Positions 8,913 through 17,307 of a stretch of 38,613 nt of DNA are shown here, one piece after another. The DNA is taken from positions 1 to 38,613 of the IMG/VR virus record IMGVR_UViG_3300020042_005023; one strand, 5' to 3'. Made by a program: the position numbers and the translations under genes. Each line of letters begins with the position of its first letter. Positions within the stretch are counted from its first letter, which is position 1. The stretch is from a virus (Duplodnaviria > Caudoviricetes). The notes under the pieces were generated by a model, which ran no database searches, was not told where the DNA came from, and worked only from the letters and a program-made list of their open reading frames with translations.

Positions 8913-9000
8913 CTATAATCGGGACCGTAACCTAGCAATTGCCATGTATGCCTCTCTATGGGCTTTATATGGGCTTCTAACACTGTTAAAAGGATAAGGC

Positions 9001-9525
9001 ATGGCTGGACATATTAAACGGCGCACGATTGCGTCGAACTTGGACAAGGTTGGCGAGAGTGTTTTGCTGGAGAAGATTGCATCCGGCCTGACAATGGCTG
9101 GTCTCGCCCGTGAACTGAACATCAGCAACCTGTCGCTCTATAATTGGATACGCAAAGACCTCGACCGGGAAGAGCGGTTCAAGCAGGCTAGGGCAATCGC
9201 GGCGGATCAATGGGCAGATGAATGTCTGGACATTGCCGACGCCTCGGACAACACATCGGCCAATGCCGACAGGCTCAAGATTGAAACGCGCAAATGGCTG
9301 GCTGGGGTGACTGCTCCGGATAAGTTCCAAGCCAAGCCGACCACAGCAATCCAAGTGAACGTAAACCAACTTCATCTTGATGCACTGAAGCAGCTAAACT
9401 TGGCGTCATCAAATCCTCATGACGACATCGAGGACGACACCATCATCGACATCACACCACCCAAGCAAGTCGGCTCTCATAACCTCGATGCGGACGACTT
9501 GCCGGGTGTTTTTGACGACGATTAA
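9001..9525 (+). CDS. terS: Terminase small subunit (Sf6 gp1-like)
   Basis: LEKIASG.T...AR, LYNW, QARA..AD..ADE.LDIAD, RLKIETRKWLA pattern. Confidence 0.85.
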   Translation: MAGHIKRRTIASNLDKVGESVLLEKIASGLTMAGLARELNISNLSLYNWIRKDLDREERFKQARAIAADQWADECLDIADASDNTSANADRLKIETRKWLAGVTAPDKFQAKPTTAIQVNVNQLHLDALKQLNLASSNPHDDIEDDTIIDITPPKQVGSHNLDADDLPGVFDDD

Positions 9526-9539
9526 CGGAAAACTGCCAT

Positions 9540-9820
9540 CCGTGCACGGTTTGCATATCTCCGTGCACGGTTCGGGCCGGGTTTAGGGCCGGGTTTACCC
9601 ACGCATTTCCGCCAATGTGCACGGAGTGCACGGTTTGTCGGCGCATTAGTCCCCATAAATAAGTAACAGTGTAATATACCACTTCAACACTGTTACTTTT
9701 ATTAGGGCGGATTAACTTTTTTAAACCGTGCACTTCTGGCACATCCTTAGATTTCAGCCATTTTATCTGGCCCTAAACCGTGCACCAACCATGCACGGAC
9801 CCTCTCAAACCGTGCACGGA
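9540..9820. repeat. Iteron cluster and AT-rich palindromic core: candidate replication origin
   Basis: Seven GTGCAC cores (GTGCACGG left, AAACCGTGCAC right) flanking an AT-rich 12-bp inverted repeat at 9661-9698. Confidence 0.7.
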
Positions 9821-9866
9821 TTTGGCTCAAGCCATGATAGGTCCACATCGGCCCTAATATTAGCAC

Positions 9867-9895
9867 TTGACAAGACCGGAACACTGTTCCATAAT
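9867..9895 (+). promoter_or_regulatory. Sigma70 promoter TTGACA-17-CATAAT with operator GGAACACTGTTCC
   Basis: Near-consensus hexamers; perfect palindrome at 9878-9890. Confidence 0.7.
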
Positions 9896-9950
9896 GCAAA
9901 CGCGGATCGAGAGGGCCAACCCTCCGACCGTTCTTAAAAAGGAAGATGAG

Positions 9951-10109
9951 ATGACAACAAAATATCAGATACACGGCTACGATAAATATATGTCGGAAGA
10001 CTACATCAAGGCCACGCTTTACGACACATACGAAGCGGCCTTCGCCATGGCCCATTCAAACCACGAGTGGGTGGTGAAGGTTGAGCCGGTCAAAGGGGAA
10101 GAGCCATGA
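9951..10109 (+). CDS. Hypothetical protein (52 aa)
   Basis: MTTKYQIHGYDK... after AAGGA, downstream of the promoter. Confidence 0.6.
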   Translation: MTTKYQIHGYDKYMSEDYIKATLYDTYEAAFAMAHSNHEWVVKVEPVKGEEP

Positions 10110-10285
10110 TTAGCATAGCCAAAAATGCAGACCGAATTGCGGACACCCTGCGCGACAATCAAGCCATGGATTGGGATTTGCTGCGCGATCTCTGCGACCA
10201 GCAGACCGGCGGCGACCTCGACTATCTGCAACTCGACCTACTAACCGACAGCGTGCAGTCTCGTTTGAGCAAGCAAGCCGAATAA
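10106..10285 (+). CDS. Hypothetical protein (59 aa)
   Basis: Hand-translated MISIAKNADRIADTLRDNQ...; ATGA coupling; ends at the terminator. Confidence 0.6.
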   Translation: MISIAKNADRIADTLRDNQAMDWDLLRDLCDQQTGGDLDYLQLDLLTDSVQSRLSKQAE

Positions 10286-10318
10286 AAAAGAGGGGGCGCT
10301 ATGCCCCCTCAACTTTTT
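10284..10318. terminator. Bidirectional intrinsic terminator
   Basis: aaaaaag-agggggc-gctat-gccccct-caacttttt between convergent genes. Confidence 0.7.
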
Positions 10319-10586
10319 GTATCAGTCGGTCGAGATACCATCGGGCCTTCTTCAAGTCCTCAACCGGCTTCGACTTCTTCTCATACCGCCAGAGATACTT
10401 CATGACATTGCCCTTGAGGTAGCCAGCATATGCCTCTGGACCCATCGACGCTTCGATCCCTTCGATAGCCTCGATGCCACCAGACTTATAGTGCGATGGA
10501 TCATTGACCATATCAACGACCTCGGCATTGAGCGCATCCCTGATGTCTTTGTATCTCATAAAATCATTTCCATACATTACCCTCAC
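10299..10586 (-). CDS. DUF3310 family protein
   Basis: VNDPSHY..GGIEAIE...YLKGNVMKYLWRY..K....EDLKKARWYL. Confidence 0.92.
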   Translation of the reverse strand: MRVMYGNDFMRYKDIRDALNAEVVDMVNDPSHYKSGGIEAIEGIEASMGPEAYAGYLKGNVMKYLWRYEKKSKPVEDLKKARWYLDRLIQKVEGA

Positions 10587-13051
10587 TCCTCACTTGCTTT
10601 GAAGTTAATCTGAACGCCGAAGAAATCGTCTGCGCTGTCATCAATCATGGCATTTATTATCATGTGGTCTGCATCGCCTATGAGAAGTTCAAGACCACGG
10701 AACACACGCTTCGTTCGTGTCGCCCGGTCCCTTGTGGCATCATAGCCATGCGTCTTCATCTCACCATTGAACTTACGCTGCGACCAGTCACGGCCCTTGG
10801 CTTCGTTGTTATCCTTGCACCAGTCGCGGAAGTCATTGAACGCCTCACCTGTGGTCATCTCGTTATTAGCCCCAGCCACGCAACGCTCAGTAATCCAGCG
10901 GGCCAATGCGTCTTCTCCTGCGAGATACTCATCGGTAGCTTGGATGACTACCTTTGGTGGGTTCAAACCTTCAGCAAGCCAAGCCTTCGCCCCTTGTATG
11001 ACCCACGCCAAGATGGCGGGGTATTCCTCTTTCAGCTTATCCGGCAAGTCAACGTCCTTACGGACAGGCTTAGTGTCAAAAGGTATGAGGTGCATACGAC
11101 GCCGCATGGCGTCATCCACATTAGTAATCTCTGGCTTTGTATTGCCTGCAATGACCAACGTGAACTGCGGCTCGAACTCAAACAAGTCCTGACGCATGAA
11201 CCGCGCACTGATCTTGTCCCCGCCAGTCAGCGACTTGACTTTGGCTTCGTCCCACTTACGCGATGGGTCAATCTCCTGCGCGTGAACCAGCCGAGCGCCC
11301 ATCAACGATGCCAACTCTGTAGGGTGACGCTGATTGTTCGACGCGAGGAACACGTCCGCACTGGCCACGGTGGCATAATCGCCAAGGATATTACCTACGG
11401 CTCCAAGGAACGTCCCTTTGCCATTACCGCCGGACCCGTGGGCGAAGGCAAGCACATGCTCTTTGGTGCTACCCGTCGCGGAATACCCAGCCAACCTTTG
11501 AAGGTAGGAAATCATCTCAGCATCACCGTTGCACGCCTCATTGAGAAACGCTTGCCATTGCGGGGCTGGCTTGCTGAAGTCCGCCTCAACCGATGTGCAT
11601 TTGGTGCACATGCGCGAACGGTCATGCGCGAACAACACGCCTGTCTTCAGGTCCACCATGCCCGACCGGGTGTTGAGGATATAGATGTCCGCGTCTAGCT
11701 GTTCGGTGGTCGCCTGTAAGGTAGGTTCTACCGCAGCCAGCTTGGCTACGTTGGCAATCACATTGTATGACGCCACACGCTGCGCGATACGCTCCGCCTT
11801 TTGCGGGCTTTCGATCTTGTCCAAGGCTTCAGCCGATGCGTGCGCGCAAACCTTGCGGACGATGGACAGGTGCTTGTTCGCCACGTCCTTCGCCCACTTG
11901 TTGCCATCCCATGCGACCCAGCCCAGCCCGCCCACAACGTATCGAATATCCGAAACGTGTAGACGAGCAACGCGCTGCGCCAATGCAATGTCGCTATACT
12001 CAATCGGCGTTTCGCCAGCCGAGGCCACCATGCCGAAGTCTTCATCGTCAAAGTCCGACACCTCGAACTCATCGACCTCGCGCTTGTAGCCAAAGGTCGC
12101 GGCCTTACCCGCCAGCCAGTCCCAACCCAACTCATAGGGCGGGTGCATACGACCGAAGTCTGCTTCGATAGTATCGAGCGAGTTAACGCCGTCTTCCCAA
12201 CGCTCGGCCCACGATGCGAATATCTCGAACGCATCTGGCTCATGGTCTGGGCCACACGCCGCTTTTATAGCATAGCCCATGCGGATGTAGTCATCGCGGT
12301 CAGGGAAATGCTCGGTCTTGTTTGGGATAGCGGCCACTGCGGCTACTACTTGGGTAAGACTTGGCGCAGTAAGCGACGCTTGATCGACGGACTGCCGCTC
12401 GACTGCCTTCTGTGCTGTCTTATCCGCGTGGATAATCTCGCAGCCCATCATCTCCAACGTCTCTGTCAGGTCGGCGAAGAACCGTTCAATCTTTTCCCGC
12501 GTGACCTTCTTCAACACAGCAGGGCCACGTTGCTCCAAGTCCACATCGAGACTGTAAGGTTCCTTAGTGATAGGGTGAATACCAGCGATGACGTATTGCT
12601 GCCCGTCCCCTAGAAACTCTACAAGCTGCTCGACACCACGGCCATCACGGAACCGCACTTGCATCCGGCCTATCTTATCGTCGGTGCGATACATAAACAG
12701 TCGCTTGGGGTAACGACCGATACGCATCGGGGCTTTGCCCAATGCCTTCACCGCCATATCACCGATGACCCTAGCCAGCCCCTCGTTAACAACATCAATG
12801 TCAACCGCAGGATACTTGCTGGCCTTCAAGCCGATATTAGCATGGCTGCGGTCCCACCGCTCAACGTCATTGGCTGTCGGGCTGTAGTCCTGCCAGCCGT
12901 AGCCGCCCCATGTGCCTTGCGCGTTCAACCGACCGGGCGCTTTGCCTGCTTGGTCCGCTTGGATTTTAGACATGGCCGACAACTCGGCGTTCGGTGGGAT
13001 AACGGACACCAGATCGGTGAACCCAATCTCGTATAGTGTCTTAAACTTCAT
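10583..13051 (-). CDS. Primase-helicase (prim-pol N-terminus, PriCT-2, D5/P4-family SF3 helicase)
   Basis: NIGL..AVDID, QQYV..GIHP.T..PY, Walker A GSGGNGKGT, KSLTGGD.ISARFM, GNTKP, RRRMHLIPF. Confidence 0.93.
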   Translation of the reverse strand: MKFKTLYEIGFTDLVSVIPPNAELSAMSKIQADQAGKAPGRLNAQGTWGGYGWQDYSPTANDVERWDRSHANIGLKASKYPAVDIDVVNEGLARVIGDMAVKALGKAPMRIGRYPKRLFMYRTDDKIGRMQVRFRDGRGVEQLVEFLGDGQQYVIAGIHPITKEPYSLDVDLEQRGPAVLKKVTREKIERFFADLTETLEMMGCEIIHADKTAQKAVERQSVDQASLTAPSLTQVVAAVAAIPNKTEHFPDRDDYIRMGYAIKAACGPDHEPDAFEIFASWAERWEDGVNSLDTIEADFGRMHPPYELGWDWLAGKAATFGYKREVDEFEVSDFDDEDFGMVASAGETPIEYSDIALAQRVARLHVSDIRYVVGGLGWVAWDGNKWAKDVANKHLSIVRKVCAHASAEALDKIESPQKAERIAQRVASYNVIANVAKLAAVEPTLQATTEQLDADIYILNTRSGMVDLKTGVLFAHDRSRMCTKCTSVEADFSKPAPQWQAFLNEACNGDAEMISYLQRLAGYSATGSTKEHVLAFAHGSGGNGKGTFLGAVGNILGDYATVASADVFLASNNQRHPTELASLMGARLVHAQEIDPSRKWDEAKVKSLTGGDKISARFMRQDLFEFEPQFTLVIAGNTKPEITNVDDAMRRRMHLIPFDTKPVRKDVDLPDKLKEEYPAILAWVIQGAKAWLAEGLNPPKVVIQATDEYLAGEDALARWITERCVAGANNEMTTGEAFNDFRDWCKDNNEAKGRDWSQRKFNGEMKTHGYDATRDRATRTKRVFRGLELLIGDADHMIINAMIDDSADDFFGVQINFKASEE

Positions 13052-13272
13052 CAGTGTAACCCCCTCTTTTCAATTTGGTCCCGCTTCTGCATCAGCATAT
13101 CTATCGCTGCGTCTATCGCGTAGACGGCGAAGTCAGGCTCGGCTTCGTTCAATATATTATAGGCAGCGGTGGTTATTACTACACCGCGTTCAAACTCTTC
13201 TTCAAAACCGATGATGAATACTGGAACCAGCTGAACGGTTTGTTTTTCGTCCTTCCACCGTATCTTGTCCAT
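13051..13272 (-). CDS. Hypothetical protein
   Basis: 73 aa, coupled to the primase gene. Confidence 0.7.
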   Translation of the reverse strand: MDKIRWKDEKQTVQLVPVFIIGFEEEFERGVVITTAAYNILNEAEPDFAVYAIDAAIDMLMQKRDQIEKRGLH

Positions 13273-13274
13273 GG

Positions 13275-13544
13275 CTAATCCCCTACGAAGTCAGCACCCT
13301 CGACCGCAGCGTTGACATCTAGGTAGCTGTTGAAGTTGACAACAGACCGGCCAGTGTAAGACGCTTTGTTGTCCGCTTGGATTTGCCTTGTAGTTCTCTC
13401 CGCCAGAAGCGACTGTGCATATAGCAGAAGTTCGTAGGCATCAATCGTGCCTTCGATATAAATTTTGTTGCCGTCCCGTTTAGCCAAGCCGCGTGTGTTG
13501 TCGGCAATCCACTCGGCCAGTTGTGCTGCTAATACCTGTTTCAT
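13275..13544 (-). CDS. Hypothetical protein
   Basis: Start reassigned to MKQVL after GGAG. Confidence 0.7.
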   Translation of the reverse strand: MKQVLAAQLAEWIADNTRGLAKRDGNKIYIEGTIDAYELLLYAQSLLAERTTRQIQADNKASYTGRSVVNFNSYLDVNAAVEGADFVGD

Positions 13545-13735
13545 TTCGTTTCTCCCTTTACAAACCATATATAACGGTTCCCGAATTGAACCGACCAATG
13601 CCAACGAGGTCTCGGACTACCGGGGCTGACGTATTTTGCCCGTGAATAACAGAAGCCGAACTTTTCTGAGGCCCTATATTTTCCAAAGCCAAACTCAAAG
13701 TGCTTCCTTATTCTCTTGGATATGAACTTCTTCAT
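13541..13735 (-). CDS. Hypothetical basic/aromatic protein
   Basis: MKKFISKR start after GGGGAG; ATGA coupling at both ends. Confidence 0.6.
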   Translation of the reverse strand: MKKFISKRIRKHFEFGFGKYRASEKFGFCYSRAKYVSPGSPRPRWHWSVQFGNRYIWFVKGETK

Positions 13736-13887
13736 TTCAAATGCTCCCCTTCTGCAATACGATCCGCCAGCCAACGTGTGCTGCGCTCAAACATGTTCAT
13801 CTTGGCGGAGCGAAGCCACGCGATGATGGCTTCCTTCTCATCCACAACAGGTGGCTTTTCCTCAACAGTTTTTGTAATCCGTGTCAT
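13732..13887 (-). CDS. Hypothetical protein (51 aa)
   Basis: Hand-translated MTRITKTVEEKPPVVDEKEAIIAWLRS...ADRIAEGEHLK; coupled at both ends. Confidence 0.65.
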   Translation of the reverse strand: MTRITKTVEEKPPVVDEKEAIIAWLRSAKMNMFERSTRWLADRIAEGEHLK

Positions 13888-14651
13888 TAAGTTAACTCCC
13901 TCATTTTGAAACCCTTCTTCTCAGCATAAGCAATGAAGTCATCGAGCCACATCACGCCTTTACCTGAAACATAATACTGATTGATGCCCCTGTGGGGTAT
14001 GTTATTCACGTCGCCCCATGTGTGAGACGACTGTTCGAACATGCGAATATCTGCGCGATGAACCGACGGGTGCGTGCGGCGCAGAAAGTTTGCAGCTTCA
14101 GCGGCAACCATTTTAGCCCGACCATTAAACACCCGCTTAGCAACCGTGCCATCTTCACCGATCTTGAGCGCAGCGGTCTTATCATTTTGCACCCGCCATT
14201 CGTCCCTAGACAATGCAGTAAGACCTGTCTCTCTAAGCCAACCCACAATCGTTGGCCGGTTAGTATTGTATAGACGCATCAGTTCTGCGCGGGTCATGGT
14301 CGGGGCCATCTTGGTAAACGTCGGCGGGATAGCTTTCTTTCTACCACCTGTAACAATCTCGGTGAGTTGAAGTTCATCTATCCAACGACTGATTACAGAC
14401 CTAGCGCGTTCGTAATGTTTGACGAGTTGGGTCACGTTCATCGTCTGTAACATCTCCTCTAAATCACTTGGCGGTGGCGTCTTCTGCGAAATAAATTGCC
14501 GCTTCAGCCCCAGCTTCCTACGCCGACTATCAACGGCATCAACGGAACGGCCAATCGCTTCCGCAATCTGCGCGTGCGTCAGGTTATTCTCGTAAAGTCC
14601 GGTAAGTTTAGCGTCCTCTTCAGGTCGCCACGCGGTAAAGCTGTTGTCCAT
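13887..14651 (-). CDS. Multi-HTH DNA-binding protein (GcrA/Myb-like N-terminus)
   Basis: WRPEEDAKL...THAQIAEAIGRSVDAV..RRRKLGL plus two further HTH-like repeats; RBS AGGGAG. Confidence 0.7.
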   Translation of the reverse strand: MDNSFTAWRPEEDAKLTGLYENNLTHAQIAEAIGRSVDAVDSRRRKLGLKRQFISQKTPPPSDLEEMLQTMNVTQLVKHYERARSVISRWIDELQLTEIVTGGRKKAIPPTFTKMAPTMTRAELMRLYNTNRPTIVGWLRETGLTALSRDEWRVQNDKTAALKIGEDGTVAKRVFNGRAKMVAAEAANFLRRTHPSVHRADIRMFEQSSHTWGDVNNIPHRGINQYYVSGKGVMWLDDFIAYAEKKGFKMRELT

Positions 14652-14800
14652 AATCTCCCTTACTTTCCTATTGCCCTTCTTGGGTGGCACAGTTTGAATA
14701 TCGAATGCAAGAACTTTTTTTTTGTTGACGACACTATATGATTTGTGCCAGCTATAGGGAAAGCAAACGTGACACCGACAAAAAAGAGGGAAAGAACAGC

Positions 14801-15403
14801 ATGAAAATTCTAGTGGCTTGCGAATATAGCGCAACAGTCCGAGATGCTTTTCGGGCTAAAGGACATGACGCCTGGTCGTGTGACTTGTTGCCGACGGACG
14901 GTAATCCACATTGGCATATCCAAGGCGACGCTCTTGCGCTTGCGCATGGGCATGATTGGGATTTGATGATAGCCCACCCACCATGCACTTACTTGACCAA
15001 CGCTGGGGTAACTTGGCTGCACAAAGACCCAACCCGCTGGGTCAAACTGGATGAAGGCGCTGCCTTCTTTAAGGAATTGTGGGACGCACCGATAGAGCGT
15101 ATCGCCATTGAGAACCCCATCATGCATAAGTATGCAAAGGAACGGATTGGGGGTGTGAAGCAGACGCAGACTATCCAGCCGTGGATGTTTGGCCACACGG
15201 AACAAAAGGCAACGTGCCTGTGGCTGAAGAACCTGCCGCCTTTGGTGCCAACGAATAACGTCAAGGAAGAGATGCTGACACTACCAGCCAACCAGCGCCA
15301 ACGGCTGCACTATCTACCGCCCAGTGCGGACAGGTGGAAGCTACGCAGCACAACATACAAGGGCATCGCCGAAGCAATGGCCGACCAGTGGGGTGCGCTA
15401 TGA
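14801..15403 (+). CDS. DNA cytosine-5 methyltransferase (short phage type)
   Basis: ILVACEYS, SCD, AHPPC catalytic motif, IENP, QPW.FG, KATCLWL, RSTTY.GIA.AMA.QW. Confidence 0.9.
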   Translation: MKILVACEYSATVRDAFRAKGHDAWSCDLLPTDGNPHWHIQGDALALAHGHDWDLMIAHPPCTYLTNAGVTWLHKDPTRWVKLDEGAAFFKELWDAPIERIAIENPIMHKYAKERIGGVKQTQTIQPWMFGHTEQKATCLWLKNLPPLVPTNNVKEEMLTLPANQRQRLHYLPPSADRWKLRSTTYKGIAEAMADQWGAL

Positions 15404-17307
15404 TTGTATCAATCGACTTCGAGACGCGCAGTGCCGTCGATCTTCGCAAGACAGGTGTGTATAAATACGCATCGGACCAATCCACTGACATCTGGTGCAT
15501 GGCATACAAGGCCCCGTGGTCTGACGACGTGCAAGTATGGTTGCCCGGCGATGAGCCAGATGCACACCTCGAAGATTGGATCATCGCAGGCGGATTGCTG
15601 TCGGCATGGAACGCTAACTTCGAGCGCACAATCTGGAACGAGATTATGGTTGGCCGCTACCTGTGGCCACGCACCAACATTAAGCAATGGCGCTGCACGA
15701 TGGCGCAGGCCAGCGCGATGGGACTACCTCGTTCACTAGGCCAAGCGGCTGCGGTCCTTGGCGTTGAAGAACAGAAGGACAAGACTGGCGCAGCCCTTAT
15801 GCTCCGGATGGCACGGCCCCGTAAGGTGAACGCCGACGGCAGCTACACATGGTGGGACACGAAGGCGAAACTCGATGCGCTAGTAGCGTACTGTATCCAA
15901 GATGTTAAAACGGAACTATCCGTAGCCGAGACACTGCACGCAATGCCTGACAGTGAGCGTCGCCTCTATCAACTCGATCAACGTATCAACGACCGGGGCG
16001 TGGCGCTCGATGTTGACTTGGTGACCCGCATTAAAAACCTAGCGAACAATGCCAGCGCAGAGATTGATGCTGAAATCCAACGCCTCACTAAGGGTCAAGT
16101 CAAAGCAGCAACAAACGCTATGGACTTGACCGCATGGCTGAACGCGCATGGCATACGCGCCAAGTCCGTTGACAAGCAGACCGTTGGTCGGTTGTTATCC
16201 TTTGACCGATTGCACCCTGTCATCCGCGAGGTTTTGAAACTCCGGCAGAACGGAGCCAAGTCCAGCACAGCCAAGTATGATGCCATGCTGCACGCGGTCA
16301 ACGGCGACGGACGGATGCGCGGACTTCTTGTTTATCACGGCGCGGCAACGGGCCGGTGGTCGGGACGATTGGTGCAGCCACAGAATTTCCCACGTCCGCA
16401 AAAGAAACAAGAAGAGTTAGACGAAATCATCGCCAAGCTACAGACCGGCGAAGATGTGTCGGAGCATGGGGCCGGAACGGTCCTAGCGTCTGACTTATTA
16501 CGCTCGACGCTGATAGCTGGCGAAGGCAACCGCCTTATGTTTGCCGACTACTCGGCGATTGAAGCCCGCGTTCTTGCGTGGGTAGCCGGACAGCGCGACC
16601 TTGTTGAGACGTTTCGCAACGGGGGCGACGTATATAAAGAGATGGCATCGGCTATCTATAGCGTGAATGTTGATAGCGTCACCGACAAACAACGCCAAGT
16701 TGGCAAGATGGCGATCTTGGGTTGCGGCTACGGCATGGGCGGCAAACGCTTCGCCGAACAGTGCGCCACGATGGGTATCAATGTAGCCGAGGACGAAGCT
16801 AAGCGCATCGTGTCCGTCTACCGTGAGAAGAACGATATGATTGCGTTATACTGGCGCAACATCGAGCAAGAATTTGTAGAGATGGTGAAGGGGGCGGGCC
16901 GTGTTGGGACGGTCCCGCTTCCCCTACCTAGCGGGCGGTCGCTTACTTACCACAATCCGCGCATCATTCAGCGAGAGACACCTTGGGGGGCTATGCGCGA
17001 CACAGCCCAAGTCGATACGCTGAATAGTGTGACGCGTCAGTGGGTATCTCAGATTATCTGGGGTGGCCTATTGACCGAGAACGTGGTGCAAGCAACCGCC
17101 CGCGACCTGATGGCCACGGCCATGATGGCGTTGGAAGTTAAAGGCTACAACGTAATCCTGTCCGTCCACGATGAAATCATTTGCGAAGTGCCAGATGATT
17201 TCGGTTCGCTCGACGAAATGATTGACATCATGACGCAAGTTCCTGCATGGGCACACGGATGCCCAATCAACGCCGAAGGCAAAGAAGGAAAGAGGTATCG
17301 GAAATGA
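15400..17307 (+). CDS. polA: DNA polymerase family A with 3'-5' exonuclease
   Basis: DFETRS, NANFE, TGRWSG..QPQN, DYSAIEAR, RQVGKMAILGCGYG, VHDE. Confidence 0.96.
   Translation: MIVSIDFETRSAVDLRKTGVYKYASDQSTDIWCMAYKAPWSDDVQVWLPGDEPDAHLEDWIIAGGLLSAWNANFERTIWNEIMVGRYLWPRTNIKQWRCTMAQASAMGLPRSLGQAAAVLGVEEQKDKTGAALMLRMARPRKVNADGSYTWWDTKAKLDALVAYCIQDVKTELSVAETLHAMPDSERRLYQLDQRINDRGVALDVDLVTRIKNLANNASAEIDAEIQRLTKGQVKAATNAMDLTAWLNAHGIRAKSVDKQTVGRLLSFDRLHPVIREVLKLRQNGAKSSTAKYDAMLHAVNGDGRMRGLLVYHGAATGRWSGRLVQPQNFPRPQKKQEELDEIIAKLQTGEDVSEHGAGTVLASDLLRSTLIAGEGNRLMFADYSAIEARVLAWVAGQRDLVETFRNGGDVYKEMASAIYSVNVDSVTDKQRQVGKMAILGCGYGMGGKRFAEQCATMGINVAEDEAKRIVSVYREKNDMIALYWRNIEQEFVEMVKGAGRVGTVPLPLPSGRSLTYHNPRIIQRETPWGAMRDTAQVDTLNSVTRQWVSQIIWGGLLTENVVQATARDLMATAMMALEVKGYNVILSVHDEIICEVPDDFGSLDEMIDIMTQVPAWAHGCPINAEGKEGKRYRK

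Noticed and set aside
9540-9820. CRISPR array
   Set aside because: Repeats are only 8-13 bp, irregularly spaced and in both orientations; no cas operon.
7845-9890. LexA/SOS boxes at the GGAAC-N3-GTTCC palindromes
   Set aside because: Does not match the alphaproteobacterial GTTC-N7-GTTC direct repeat or the GAAC-N4-GTTC spacing.
10664-11698. 344-aa plus-strand ORF
   Set aside because: Antisense shadow of the primase-helicase; no motifs.
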